A program made the position numbers and the translations under genes. This document shows positions 1 to 13,972 of a stretch of DNA of 64,000 nt, in pieces (the first letter of the stretch is position 1; each line of letters begins with the position of its first letter). The notes beneath the pieces are model-generated. The model saw nothing but the letters and a program-made list of their open reading frames with translations, made no database searches and was not told the DNA's origin. Source of the DNA: Sphagnum compactum (lineage: Eukaryota); contig OZ234493.1 in NCBI GenBank assembly GCA_965153455.1, forward strand, positions 16,606,213 to 16,670,212. The letters are read 5' to 3'.

Positions 1-869
1 GAACATATCTTGGTGTGCCTTTGCATGATGAGTCAACGAAACCAAAGTGATTTCACAATTGACATTACATTGAGGTAAAAGCATGGTATTTTATACAAAA
101 AAAGTTGATAGAAAAATATCAAGCATAAAATGAGATAGTTTTTCACAAAAACACAAGAAAGTAAATTCAATTTTTACTTAAATTTCATTTTGAAACCATG
201 GTGCTTTCCATTGGGTTTATATTAAGTTGAATACAAAAATTGAGAAACTTTGGAATAGTTAAGTAGGGAACAAGTACTTTTGAATTTGACTAGCCAATAT
301 GGTAATCAAAAGTTTCATTAGAAAATTTAATGACATAGATTTGTGTGAAGTTTTAGCATAAAGATAATTATATATTCAAAAAAAGGAAAATAAATAAAAT
401 CTACATTCTGTATGGTAAAATATACTTGACACATATTTGAAACAAATGTTACATTGCAAAAAGTAGGTTTCAAAAGCTACTTACATTTTAAAAAGTCTAT
501 TTGAAACCTATTTTTACAATGTAAAATTTAAAAATTAATTCATAATAGTGAAGAAGTATCTTGTTTTTCATCTTTTACATGAAAATAATGTATAACAATT
601 TTATGATGGGTTTTAGTCTTACTTTTTGTTAGCTTAACAAGTAAACTACTAAGGTAATTGAATTATATATTTTACCATGCTTTCACCCATTGTAGCCTTT
701 TGCTAATTAAATAATTAATAGACCGTACTTGCTCATTATCATTATTTTGGTAACCTTTGGACCATTGAAGTACTCAATGATCATTGAAGGATTGTCAACC
801 TTTCATTTATATTGCAAAATGTTTTCCTACTTTTGCAATTGCCACATCTATTTTATATCAAACAAAATA

Positions 870-1105
870 TCATGTTCATGGTCATTCAAAAGGTGTTTCT
901 TCATGGAGGTAAATCCATGGTTATGGTTATATTACACCAAGCATCTCCATGCTTGTTTGGTAGACTACTTAGTGTTTTGAAAGCTCTTATAGTTAACTTA
1001 AGTGAAAGTTAACCAACATCACAAACGATGCACTTCATTATTTGAATAACAGTCGAATTAATTGTACTTGCTTGGTCATGGAGAACAAAAAAATACCCAC
1101 AAATG
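870..1105 (-). mobile_element. Degenerate hAT-like transposase fragment (BED zinc finger)
   Basis: Minus strand reads QIMKCIVC (1021-1044) and, after a frameshift, YNHNHGFTSMKKHLLNDH (~878-930). This is the CxxC...HxxxxH pattern of a BED finger. Stops and frameshifts are present; no TIRs identified. Confidence 0.45.
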
Positions 1106-2430
1106 CATTTGATAAATGGTAAGGAACCCAAAACAATTGATTATTGGCAAGACCGACATATCTTACCTTCCATGTAGTTAGCTCTTCAACCCCTCAAGCA
1201 CCTTGTTTCAACTTGCCACATGTTACATTTCCTATGTGGCTTCAACAAATTCTATAATGACCACATGATCACTTATTTCATCCCCAATGTAAATGTTGAA
1301 ATTTGAGAACAAAATGTCTTTTTGTAATAACCCCAACAAATGTAAGATTCAATTTTTTAAAACATTAAGGGATAGGCCATGCTTCAAACACAAAACTCCC
1401 TTATGTAGATTGTAACCACATGAAACTATGAATGGCAATGCAAAGGCAGTGCAAAGGCAATGCCATAAGAAAAAAACATTTTGTTAAAACACATGTACCT
1501 CATTCAATGTTGAAGCAAAATTGGTTGGACAAAGATATTGTAGCAATTTTGTGTAGCCACAAATGTCTTTATGAAAGAAAGAAAATAATTGTGTATTGTG
1601 GGTGCTTAATTCTAACATCCTCCCTAATGCCTTCAAAATCATGCCCTTACTTATTTCCCTCCACCCCTCACAACCTTGAATACTAGTATCATACATAGTA
1701 TGGCAATAGACAAAATATAAGTTGGTATGGTATGGGATGGAGGTCACAAACCCTAACTTCATGCCCATCACCATAACTATATTACCAACGTATACAATAA
1801 CTTCCATATTAGTTGAGTATGTTTTCATATTATTACTCATACCAATACCATATACCCAAGTTGGTTAAGACTTTTAAATGGGCATAATCCATCCAATGTT
1901 TTTATGTTTGGCCAAAAAAATTCCAAATTTGCAAAAATGAATGTGTTTTGGATTTTTAATCACCATATTTCAGAATATTTTATAAATTTAATAGCAAATT
2001 TTAATTAGGTTTTAGTAAGTAGCCAATGATTATGGAAGGATGCTTATTTTTTTACAAGTTCTTTTTTTTTAATGGCCAAAGTTTTCGAAATCATCCAAGA
2101 TGTATGATAGTCACACATCACCAATTTGAAAACACATGCACACATAGTCCTTTAAATAGTGGAATGTTAGAAAGTTGAAATTAGGAAATGTTAATTGTGT
2201 TACATTGAGGTAAAGTTTTTGAAAATTCAAAAATAGTTAGAATTTCAACCAAGATGTTGAATTGAAAGTCCAAGTAGCATATAATCAATGATGAAGAAAG
2301 GATAGATGTCATATTTAATTATAATTCAAATTTATGAATTTATAATATTTGCTTGCAAAATCTAAGTATAAATATTACAAGTCAAACTTGAAAGTGGAAG
2401 TATTTTGCATGTTTGAATTTTGTTTATCTA

Positions 2431-4052
2431 CACTACTACAAATCAATGGTTTTATGTTAGTTTTTTTTACAAGTTATGGTCATATTTTTGGTCATATTGG
2501 ACACTCAACAAAATGATTTAATTACCAATCATTTAGGTTAAAAACTTGACTAAGTTTGTTTTGATTGAATTGTTTGATGACATGTAGGTGCCCATTTTAA
2601 TAGAGATGACTAAAATTATTAGTTGACATGGAAATATAATTTTATTTTAAAAATAAAAAATGTATTTACATAATAAAAATGTATTTACATAATAATAATA
2701 TCTTTTAAATATTTTATTTTTTGTATTGAACTATTAAGGAGTCCAAAATGCAATTGTGATCAACTTGTGAATCTAATGCGCAAAAAAGTTTTTTTCCTTT
2801 TCAAATTAATTGTTCAACCCTCAACATATTTCATGATGATGTCTTCTCCCAACATATTCAAAGCAAAATTTGAACCCTCACCTTCTTGATCATAACCCAA
2901 TTTTTTTGCCATCTAACCACCATTTCATGTGGTGACAAAGGGTTGTTATTGAAAATATATAAACACATTTCTTTTTTGAATATTGCACATTATTAATTTA
3001 TTAAAAAATAAAGTAATTTCATAATAAACTTGATTACATATGTACATCATTATTTAATTTATTTCACAATTTAATTTCATAATTACCTTGAAAATTATAA
3101 TGTCTTTTTATTTCAAAATGTGAAACGTATGAAATTAATTTAATTAATTTAATTCCCATTAATTTATTCAAATATTCAGTCAATAAATATCAATTTTAAA
3201 AATTAATCATATATTTCATGAATTGGGTAAAAAATCAGGAATAATAATTTTTAAAAAATTAATCTTAAAAATCTCATTGAAATGAATTTCATTTCTAAAT
3301 TTATGTAATTAAAATTCACGCATCTTTAGTTTTTATATTTCATGAATTGGGTAAAAACCCAAGAATAACAATTTAAAAAAAAACTTAATCTTATAAACCT
3401 CGTAATGAAATAAAATTCATTACTAAAATCATATAATTAAAATTCACACATCTTTAAGTTATAATATTATTTTATTTTTACTAATTTTTTTAATTCCAAT
3501 TTTGCAAGCATTACATTAGTTCCAATTTCACATGTACATTAGGTTTTTTTACGTTTTAATAATTTAGAATATAAAAGTTTAGTTTGATTTTCCATTTTTC
3601 ATGTGTCATTTTTTTATATATTAGTTTTTGTTGCCTAATTATGTATATGCAGCATTACAAATAAACAATGACAATGTGAAATTCATAGTTGTGGATTGTG
3701 AAAAAATAAATAAATTCAAAATATCTATGACTATTTTTCATCACAAGGGAAATGTCATATTCTACATCAAAATGTTTATGAATGTTTTTAATCACATTGG
3801 AAATGTCATAGTCCATGCCAAATGTTTATGATTATTTAATCACTTACATAGTCCACATATGTATGGAATATTCCACATATACTTTGGCATGTCCAACTTT
3901 ATTATAATGTCATTTGAAATTAATCATACTAGACACACCTACTTTTTTTAATATTGAAAATAGACATAATAGTCATTATGGACAAGTATGGTTGATTCCA
4001 TAATCATTGTAGTGAAAATGTGGGGAACATAAGCCATGTTTTTGTAATAGTG
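2431..4052. mobile_element. Old non-autonomous CACTA (En/Spm-like) element
   Basis: Starts CACTACTACAAATCAATGG; the end reverse-complements to CACTATTACAAAAACATGG. Flanks are CTA/GTA (3-bp TSD with 1 mismatch). Scattered ATGAC/GTCAT subterminal motifs; no coding capacity. Confidence 0.55.
3211..3456. repeat. Diverged ~125-bp tandem duplication inside the CACTA element
   Basis: ATATTTCATGAATTGGGTAAAAA...AATTAAAATTCAC(G/A)CATCTTTA occurs twice in tandem. Confidence 0.7.
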
Positions 4053-7000
4053 GTAAAAATGGTGCTAGACTACAACAAATAAATTGAAAGTTAAGTGGTT
4101 CATTCACATACATGATTTGAATTCTTGCTCAATGAATGATCCTGAACAAAATTATTGTTGCTTAACATGAGCCCAAAATGTTTTTGTCAATTTCTACAAA
4201 TCTTTTGGATTCCATGAATTGTACAAATGATGGAAGAAACTTGTTGAAAGTATAACAATATGCTAATTTCTTGCATTACAAAAAGGGATTGCAACATAAT
4301 AAACAATGAACATTGAAAGAATGAAGCAATAACAAGCTTCTACAATTGAGAATCCATCTTTGAGGCTACAAAAAAAGAACATAACAAATACTCAAGAGGA
4401 ATGATAGAAAAGACCTTTTGCAAAGGAATTCATTCACATATGCCCCAAGCTAAAAAAATTGAGACCTTAAAAAATCATCACATGACCTTGCAAGCTTCTA
4501 GCTTAAGGTTATCATTTTGGATGATGTGGTAACAATATGTCTATTTTGGTCTACCTAGCACTTAAAGGATGGGGAGCCTATGTTATATTCCTAAATATTA
4601 GCTTTTAGTTTAGTCCCTACCATGTGGCAACATTGTAATCAATGTTTGTTTTCAAGGGTTTGATAAATTTGACCTAGGAGTAAAATTCCTTATTATTCAA
4701 AAACACCAAAGTAAACGTTGTCATTTAAATTTTAATCCACCTCAAATGATTTAAAAATTTTAAATCAACAACTAAATAACCTTTGAAATATCATCAAAAC
4801 ATGAATAATTTTCTAGCGTGGATTCTAAAACAATTTCACTAACATTGCTTTTTAACTCTCAATAAATGTCTCTAGGACCTTAATGACCTATTCAAGCTTT
4901 ATATCTAAAAAATATATAAATATTGGGCAACTTGAGGATATTTGAATTTTTCTATGGGTGAACATTTGTAATTTGTTGACAACATATATTACAAACTATT
5001 GGTAGAAGTTGGTGTAATCAATATGTTCACATTTGTTAATTAGACCAAAGTCATTTATGAAAATTGGGTTTTAAACTATTTTTTTCATTTCATGAAACAT
5101 TGATGTAATGAATACAACTTTTCTTAACTTTTGGTCAAGGTCTCTTCATTAAGAGTGTGTGCATAAAGTTATTGAAACACAATGACTAGATATATGCAAC
5201 AACATTAATTTTAGGTTAAAATGAAATGGATCTTTTGTATGAAATAGTAACAAAGTCGCAAAGTGCGTGTTGTTCTAAAGAATGTCATCCTATATTTCAT
5301 TATTTCATTACTTCATTCAAAACTTTTTGAAAGTAGTTTAGGCTTGCTATTAATTGAAATAGTGGACAATTGGTTAGATACATGAAATCTCTTTTCAAAG
5401 GACTAGAAATACACAACATCACCAAATATGATTACAACAAAGGGTGAGCACATGCTAAAGTGATTCCCTTTGTGACAAAACAATTATCACCCAAAGTCCA
5501 TTTCCTTTGTATTTTTTTAGCCTTGGAAGGACCTAAAAATTGAACAACATTCAATCCATTCAATTCAAGTAATTGTTTTATCTACTATTTGGGCCTAACT
5601 AGAGAATGTTCTTATATACATGTATGCACAAACCCAACATAAAATGAATATTTTCCATATTGACATGGACTTATGAAAAGACCCATATTTTTAACACTAA
5701 CAAAAAAGATTAAAAATTCCATTAGAAATAATTTACAATTAACATGTTACAATAATTTTAAAATTCAGTTTTATTTGATTCCCCAAAAATCATAATATCA
5801 ATCATTGGATCATTTTGATATCCATATAAAAATCCTAATGTCAAAATGCAAAATCCATTTAGTTCACAATATAAGTCCATAGATATTTTACTTTTGTATG
5901 TTATGCATAATAAATAGTTGTCATATGCATACTCAAGTTAATAATCTCAAAGTAAATCCCTATTGAATTTTTTTGACATGTATAATACAAATTAACCATT
6001 GCATTTATACTCATATGATAATACCTATCAATGTGATGCCAATAATAAGACACCTTAGCTTGCATCAACCCCAAAATATCATTTAATCATATTGAACATA
6101 TGAATGATTTGGATTTAAATTTGAGAATGACTTTTGTCTATCTATATATTTGTGTATGTGTGTGTAAAAAATTAAATTATTGAATCAATGAAGTTGAATA
6201 AAATTATGAAAATAATATTCATTTAAGATTAAAATATGTTGAATTTGCATTAGTAGTTGCAACATATGAAAATAAACTCATATTTATAATTTACATTGTA
6301 AATGACCTTACGTTAACGGATAGATACTAATTAGGTATACTTGACATATGTATGTCAATTTTTACAAGTGTATGTGTGTTATGCTCATGTTCACAATGGT
6401 TACATTCATATTTTGCCATGCCTCCAAATGATCAAATGTCATAATGTCACACATTCATAGTTTCACACATTTGGAAATTTGGAAAAATGTTTCAAAATTT
6501 TAGCAATGTAGCAAGGTACTATTTACTCTCCACTCATGTACCATAATGTTGAAAATTTTGAAGTCAAATTTTTTGAAGTAGCAATGTGGCCTCAATCATG
6601 ATTTGTCACATCCAAATGTCTTCCCTTTCCCCACCCATAAATAAGAAAAAAATAATGTGAGAATGTAGGATGGGATTTTGGTGATCATCATTCTAAATTT
6701 TTTGAAGCCATTCTGAATTATAATTGGTCATAGATCAAATTTCATTTTAGAATCATTTTTTGTTGTTTTTTTTGCAGCTTTTCAATGTTTTTGTATGTTT
6801 GTATCTTGTTGCTTATCTTACACCCTTTTTTCTTGGGGTCTATTTGTATCTTGTTGTGAACTTATTTAATGAATCAAACTTTTGTTGACAAGAATGAAAA
6901 AAAATTAATGAAACAAAATGATATATAGTGAAATTTATAGAATTTATCTTTTGAAAAGAAAAAATTGATTACAACAAAATTATTATGTCCACAAAAATTT

Positions 7001-8666
7001 TTTTAATCATTGTCACTGGTTGTGCAAAGTAGTGTGGAGCCCAAATGGATAAATATGAAGTGAAAGTCAACTTAAATATCACCATTTGGGGCAATCATGA
7101 TTATGGTTGACTAATAAAAAAACCAATGAATTTTTTTTTTTTGGGAATTAATGCATTCTTCTTCTAAGGACCTAAAATATGTGCATATTTTCATGTCCAA
7201 AGCAATTTATTAATGAATCCACTAAATTTGATTGTTGTAAACATACATCCAAGATTTATAGTTCAAAAAGTTTAATAATTCCTACTTTTAGTCACATATT
7301 TATTTGTATTTGAAATAAATTATTTTTTATTTATATACATTGTCATGGAAATAACAAATATAGTTCATGAAGGAAACTCAAAGTCATTAAATTATTTTGC
7401 ACATTTGTGCATTAAAACCAAAATCTTGTCTTAGTGCAAGCATGGCAAAACAGATAGCTCATTTATCCTTGTCACAAAAAAAAAACTTTGATGTATTGAA
7501 AGTAAAAATATTATTTTTTAATTGAAGAACCCCATAGTGAAATATCTCTTTTACAAGATGGGTTGTAAATAAATGAAATATTGATTCAAAAAATATTCAA
7601 GTTAATGGAGGGTTGAAAACTACTTATGTATTATCAATTTCTGCATATTATAATCATAATATGTCAAACTTCTAATGTAATTTAGTAATTTTGAACACTA
7701 TATTGACCAATTAGTTTGAAACTTACTTGTAAATTATTTTGATCATATTAATTTTTTTCAAACTTTGTGTTCAACTTACCTTAATAGAGAAACCGATGAT
7801 TTCTCTCTTTTTTGTAATTTTAAAAATCTATTTTATTATTTATATAAAAAATTCTCATTTTAAAATAAGAATTTGGGTAAACTTTTTTAATTTGTGGGTT
7901 TACCGTGGTTTCACCTGTCTACAACAAAGTACTTTTGAAACCAAGTTTGGTTTTCTCTTGTGCCCTTGGTGACACAAATAATGTATAGAAAAAAAAAGTG
8001 ATGTTGATTAGACAAAACATCATTTGAAAAGTTTTCTTTGGTTGTAACTTGTTCACACCAACCTCACAATCAATGGACAAGAAGGCGTAAAAATTCCAGA
8101 TAATGTAATTCCTCGTTTCATATTTACAAGTATGCAAGGAACATCGAATCTGTGAAAAAAAATTCAATAGAAATACCAACATGAAGATTGCTACCATAAC
8201 ATAAGTTCAATTTCTCTAAAAAGATCAGATTTCATTATTTGGATAATGTGGTTGCTAATTTCACAAATACATAACTTCCAAGGTCCCACCCCTCTACATG
8301 TTCTAATCAAACTTACTTCCCTAAATTGACATGAATGAGTATATGAATGTGTAGACTTTGTCTTCTTGGTTTACAAACTTACATTTCAATATTAGTTCTC
8401 TGGAGTGGAGTTCAGTTTATTGATTAAAAAGGAAATGGTCAAGGTGCATTAGAAAAGCAATATTTTGAAACTAAAATGAAAGAGATACGTAGATAAATAC
8501 GTATCTCACATTGTCACGTGAGGACTCTTCTTTTGCAACCATTCATGCATTGGTTTTTGTACTTATCAAAAGGTTTTGTTCTATTGAGACAAAAGCAAAG
8601 CCTCATACTTGGAACAATAAAATGCCCCAAACCTGGAAAATCTCACTTTTTGAAGAACACGGAAAA

Positions 8667-8790
8667 AGAATTCCTTGAGTAACTCGAGCGCCTTTAGTGG
8701 AGGACCCACATCTTAGGACATGCATTTAAGAATTCCTTGAGTAACTTGAGCGACTTTAGAGGAGGACCCACATATCTTAGGCCGTGCATT
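8667..8790. repeat. ~62-bp tandem duplication
   Basis: AAGAATTCCTTGAGTAACT(C/T)GAGCG..GGAGGACCCACAT..CTTAGG..TGCATTT occurs twice. Confidence 0.75.
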
Positions 8791-9360
8791 TTACGCGAGA
8801 TAGGGTTGTCAAAAACGTGTCAACATGTATGGTCACACTTTCTCCCATTTTGCTCCTTGTCCATCACAAATTGGAGAGAGAACGTCTCCCAATGGTCCAC
8901 CCCAACGAGGGGTTGGAGACAACCACTAAGTAAGTAGTTGCAAACTTGTCATCTCATCCAAATGCTTGTTTAAGTACTAAGGAATAATAAAAATAAGCAC
9001 AAAAACCCAAATACCCATTCCAAGTGGCCGGATTTCCTTCACCAAGATCCCATTCCATCATATTCTCTCCACATGTGTAGGGTCACAAACCAATGTAATA
9101 ATAAGTGGTCCCAACTCTAGGGTTTTTGGTTTAGGCCTATTTTTGCATGATGGTAGTAGGGTCACAAATTGTAGTAGTTGGCCCCCCAATCACCTTTGTT
9201 TTCCTTAGGATAATATTTTATTTCACTATAATTTAGGCTACATATAAATATTTATGGCATGGAACAGGACACGAATCCATGCGCTTCCATAAATACCACA
9301 CTGGAAAAAACACAAAACAAAATCTAACAGACTAATTATCCTACACTTTCTGACATCTCT

Positions 9361-9971
9361 TGTGGGCCTCGCCTACCAAGGCAAGGATATTGTGTCTAGA
9401 TTCATTACAGAGTATAGTAGCTTAAGGGATTTTGGTCCCTAGGTAATAATAGGTCTATTTTTATATGAGGATTTCTGACAGATGATATTTTGGCTTGTGT
9501 TGAAACTTGAGATTAGTTATAGAGTTATAATATATTGAAAGATTTTGGTTTCTTTTAGAGGATTTTTTGAAGATCATATTTTTGCATGGTGAAATATTTG
9601 AGTTTCCATGATTCTTCTTTTGCATTAAGATACTTTTAAATGTAAATGGCAAGGCACAGTGTGGCACACCCCTAGTTTTTTTTGATATTGTGTTTAGGTT
9701 CATTATAGAGTGTAGTAGCTTAACGGATTTTGGCCCCCAGGTAATAGATCTATTTTTATAGGAGGAATTTTGAAAGATGATATTTTGGCTTGTGTTGAAA
9801 CTTGAGATTAGTTATACAGTTATAATATCTTGAAGGATTTTGGTCTCTTTTAGAGGATTTTTTGAAGATTAGTTATATTTTTGCAAATATTTGAGTTTCC
9901 ATAATTTTTCTTTTGCCTTCAGATACTTTCAAATGTAAATGGCAAGGCCACAGTGTGACACACCCCTTGTT
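9361..9971 (+). mobile_element. Two tandem copies (9361-9675; 9684-9971, 5'-truncated) of a ~310-bp dispersed repeat with Helentron/DINE-1-like (HINE) termini
   Basis: 5' TGTGGGCCTCGCC is inverted to subterminal GGCAAGG(C)CACA. There is a 5' hairpin CCTCGCC-TACCAA-GGCAAGG and a 3' stem-loop GTGT-GAC-ACAC followed by CCCTTG/CCCTAG and a T run. No TSD. Further copies at 12031 and 42244. Confidence 0.6.
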
Positions 9972-12030
9972 TTTATTTTTGTATGAATCTCATAGGTTTG
10001 TCTCCCAGATCTTTTCCAGCCAACTGGGACCGGCCGTTTCAAGGGGCCCACCCTACGATTCTTTCGCCAAATCAGTCTACTATTGAGTGTCATGCACTTT
10101 AACCACCACCCCCCTATTTTAGAGGCTACCCCTCCACCTGCTACCATTATTATGACGGGTGGGTGGGTGGGTGACTAATTATTCGTCTAGTGGGTTCTGA
10201 GTATCATCAACCATGGCCGTAAAGGTCCGTACCTGCCAAATACGGGGCAGGTTTTCAGGAACTCTTAATTAAATGGCAGAATCGGCAGCCCGGGCTGACC
10301 TAGTCAATTTTCCTACCTACCACAATGACCTACCTGCCAGAAATAGCTTACAACTAGTATCCTACTTTACAATCTACCTAAGGACCTATATTATAAGGTA
10401 CCTCCAAAGAATGGCGGCAAATTCAGCCGCTCTGCTGCACCCTACCTACATTTCTGTGTAGGGTAAGGACCAACAATGGGGCTGTTTCAAATCGTGGGCC
10501 TTATGCAAGATAGAGCACGGGATACAAATTCCCAAAACAGCCTCATCCCAAGTTCCTTTACCTCACATGAAGAACTCCAAAATTTTGTGCCTTTAAAAAT
10601 GGATGGCAATGATTCGGTTTGAGAGGAGAGCATGGCACATGGCACCTTCCTCATAAAGGTGGCATCATCAAGAATAATATTTACTGAGATTTTAAGGTGC
10701 CCTCCACGTACACTTGGACAAAATTTCATCTCATCATTGGGCACCTCATCTTTGTAAATATCCCTCTGTAGAAAGAGGAGCGATCTTATGCCTACTCCTT
10801 GATAGGTGTAAGAACCCTCCCACTCCTATTGAGTTAGTGTGTAAGGACTCGCACCATTCTACACCTTGTGCTTTACCTATTTTTAGGTTTGTATGAGGTT
10901 CCCCTCACTGTTTCTGATGGGTAAAGCTTGTGGCTGTGCGACATTTTCAAAGTATCACGCACCCACAGTCTCGGCCACCGCCTTATCCTTAGCCCCTTAT
11001 TTTGGGAATACCCCCCCCCATCCTACCCTCAGGCTTTACCCGACACCTAACTATTTGTAATCCTGTGAAGGGCCCTCTGCAACCAGATGTTGCTCCGTTG
11101 GGGTAGGGCCAGCGTCGTCCTGCCAGGACCCAGACATCCTTAACCTAGCAGAACTGGGCCCCTAGGGCCCCTTGTACAGTACATTAAAGCAAGGGATCTT
11201 TACTGAGACTCCTCTGCTTAAGTTATTGGCAGGTAGAATCTGCACTTTTCTGCTAATTCTGCACATACAGCTTCACCGATTAAAAGCAAAGAATAGCCGG
11301 ATTTTGCAAGGGTTCCCTGTTGAATTCTGCAAGGTACAACTTCATTGGGGCCACCACCTTGGTAAGGGCACACCTGGCAGAATAGGCTCTGGAGGGCCCA
11401 TTTTTCAGGACATAACTGGTTTGGGTGTGCTATTAAGGCACTTTTTTTGAGCCCTTTTTTCCGTAGGTGGGACAATCAGCCACCTACTAATTCCCAATTC
11501 AGTGCAGCCAGTTTCACGTGTAACGTGTAACGTCAATCTGGGTTGCAGAATATGCATGAAATGTGAATCAACGGTCTGGAAAACCAGTTATGCTTTGGAA
11601 CAGGCCATGCCAGAACCTGTTTCTTCCCAACGAAACAATGGCTCACCGTACCATGCTCACCACGATTCTAGGTGGAAGGGACCCTCAAGGCAGGCCCATT
11701 CCAGAGTACATAAAGGCGATTCCCCCCTTCTCTCATTCAGGAAAAAAAAGGGGTTGAAAAGGGCAGCAGCAAAGATTAAATAGAAAGACTATAAGTAGCA
11801 CAAGCAAGTGAACTGTATCTGTACTACAATTCAGGATCACACTTTTAGGGTACAATTTGCACACATGCCATTATTGTGCAAATTCTACCTTTTTTCTTCT
11901 GGATGGGTTCTTTTTAACAGAATCCATGTTATTGATGTCAATACTAAAGTAGAACAAGAGGAATTGGAAGAGCTGAGAGGGCAAGGATGATGTAAACCTG
12001 CCAAACTTTATTGCAAGAAAATTCCAATAC

Positions 12031-12300
12031 AACAAGGGGTGTGTCACACTGTGACCTTGCCATTTACATTAAAAAGTATCTTAATGCAAAAGAAGAATTA
12101 TGGAAACTCAAATATTTCATCATGTACAAATAAAAAATCTGCAAAAAATCCTCTAAAAGAAACCAAAATCCTTACAAAATATTATAACTCTAGAAATAAT
12201 TTCAAGTTCAACACAAGCCAAAATATCATCTTTCAAAAATCCTCATATAAAAACAGACCTATTACCTAGGGGTCAAATTCCCTTCAAGCTAATATACACT
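12031..12300 (-). mobile_element. Inverted, truncated copy of the ~310-bp HINE-like repeat
   Basis: AACAAGGGGTGTGTCACACTGTGACCTTGCCATTTACATT... is the reverse complement of the 9684-9971 unit. Confidence 0.75.
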
Positions 12301-13972
12301 TTCAACACTATCTTGCATAAGGTCATTTTCCAATAACTTGGGGGCAGTTGTCCTAGCTTTTCCCCTTTGTTCGTTCTTTTTATGATCTTTAAGGTTTTTT
12401 GTATTTCAATCATTATTATTCTTCAAGGGCTTTGTAGGTCATTTTTTCGTTTGTGGGCACATGATAAGGCGACCCGTTAGTAGGGCCTCTCTTTGCCCTT
12501 GCTCATTATTGGCCTTTATGTTGTTCTTCAAAGGTTTTCCCTTTGTGTCTCTTCCTTTCTCTAGCTAATGACACCCATATCTTTGATCATGTCCATGTCA
12601 TCTCCTTAGCCTTTGATCATTTTGTTTCCCAGTTGTCTTATGTTAAATTGTTTGTTCAACCCAGCAAGTGTTCGGCTTGGGCTTCATTTCGCTTACCTCT
12701 TGAATTTGTCTCCCTTGTTGAGTATTATTGTTTCCAAGGTGGCATCAATGTCGCAACCCCACTTTGTCCAAGTGTGGGGGTGAAGCCCAACACTTGGAAA
12801 AGTTGGAGGTTTGGAGTCCTCCGGGACTCCTGAATGTTCAGAGCTCAACAGCAAGGGGCAAAACACCTCGCATTGGGGTGTTCTTGGTGTCATTGAAAAG
12901 GTCTTGAAACGTAGATATCGAAAATGGCCTTGCATTGGCCATTTGGACATCTGCAGCCCAAGTTATGGGCAAAAGAAGGGTCGGGAGTCAAACTGGCAGT
13001 TTGACTCTCGACCACTAAAAGTCGGGAATCGACCCTTTCCCGACGTCGCCTCAGGGAGTGCGACATGGCGTTGGAAAGATCTCGACGAGGGCTACAACTT
13101 TGGTTCAGACCTCGTCGCGATCGGACTTCGGAATCGGGAGTCATGACCGTTCAAAGTCCCGGGAGTCCCGCCGGGACAGTTTCGGGACTCCATTTCGGGA
13201 GTCCTGACAAAATGTGCCATTTGGATGTAGCCTCCGTGGTGAGCTGCAGAGATAACTATAAGGGGGAAGTGGTGGCTTCCCCCAAGTCCGGGCCGTGGTG
13301 AGTCAAGTAGTCCGAAGTGCCCGTGGCTTGTCGCAACACCCAAGGGTGTTCCCGAATGTGAACTAACCCATTTGTGGTTGGTTTTGGATGCAGATTCGTG
13401 CTTGATCTACTAGTCCATCTTCCTAGTCTAATCCCGGGGCTTCCAACTCGACCCTCTACCCCTTTCTAGAGTTGGAAGTCGGGAGCGTGCCCTTCGGTCC
13501 CCACTTTCCGCAACTTCACATTGGTGAACCCTCAAGTGGGTTCACCTCGGGACTAAGGAGCGCGTCAATCAAGATCTTTGATGTCTCTTTTGGTTTTGTT
13601 TTTTTCATTTTTTCTTTTTTTGTAAGAGGTTTTATGCGAAGATGTTCAATATGGAGACATGATTTCAAAATTAAGGGATATCCATGTCGCTTTTGGTATC
13701 CTCTTTCGATGTTTTGTCCATAGGCCTTCCTTTTTGCTTTGTTGCTTCCCCCCTTCCAAGTTTTCGGAATCAACTTTTTTTTAACTCCACCTTGATGAAA
13801 ATTTTTGGAAGGTTTTTAGGTTCAAGCTCATTAGAGTGCCCTGAGGTTTTTCTTGTCCATTGACAAATGGTTTTCCCCATTTTTAATGGGGGCATAAAGT
13901 TAATTTCCTTGGAGGTTATTGCTTCAATAGCCTATATGGGGAGTTGGGCTTTAATGTCACTCAAGATCTTCT
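12301..13972 (+). mobile_element. Degenerate reverse transcriptase of a non-LTR retrotransposon (CRE-like), interrupted by a solo LTR
   Basis: Plus strand reads FNTILHKVIFQ, LFPFVRSFY, VGT**GDPLVGPLFALAH (RQGDPL motif with CGA/CAA mutated to TGA/TAA, 12456-12479), SLANDTHI (xADD), VQPSKC and GGIK|IFDVSFG, which is continuous across the LTR. It then reads QMVFPIFNGGIKLISLEVIASIAYMGSWAL. Confidence 0.75.
12749..13567. mobile_element. Solo LTR (819 bp) with 5-bp TSD ATCAA
   Basis: Termini are TGTCGC...GCGTCA. ATCAA lies at 12744-12748 and 13568-13572. Highly similar to 32824-33643; GC-rich relative to flanks; no internal domain. Confidence 0.9.

Noticed and set aside
9684-12300. Composite transposon with ~280-bp TIRs enclosing 2 kb of GC-richer DNA
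   Set aside because: The repeat is a dispersed family (another copy at 42244), the outer ends are truncated differently, no TSD is seen, and the enclosed ORFs show no recognisable protein.
12693-13343. Short overlapping ORFs within the LTR copies (also 32744-33489)
   Set aside because: By-products of GC-rich LTR sequence; the frames differ between the two copies and contain no domain motifs.
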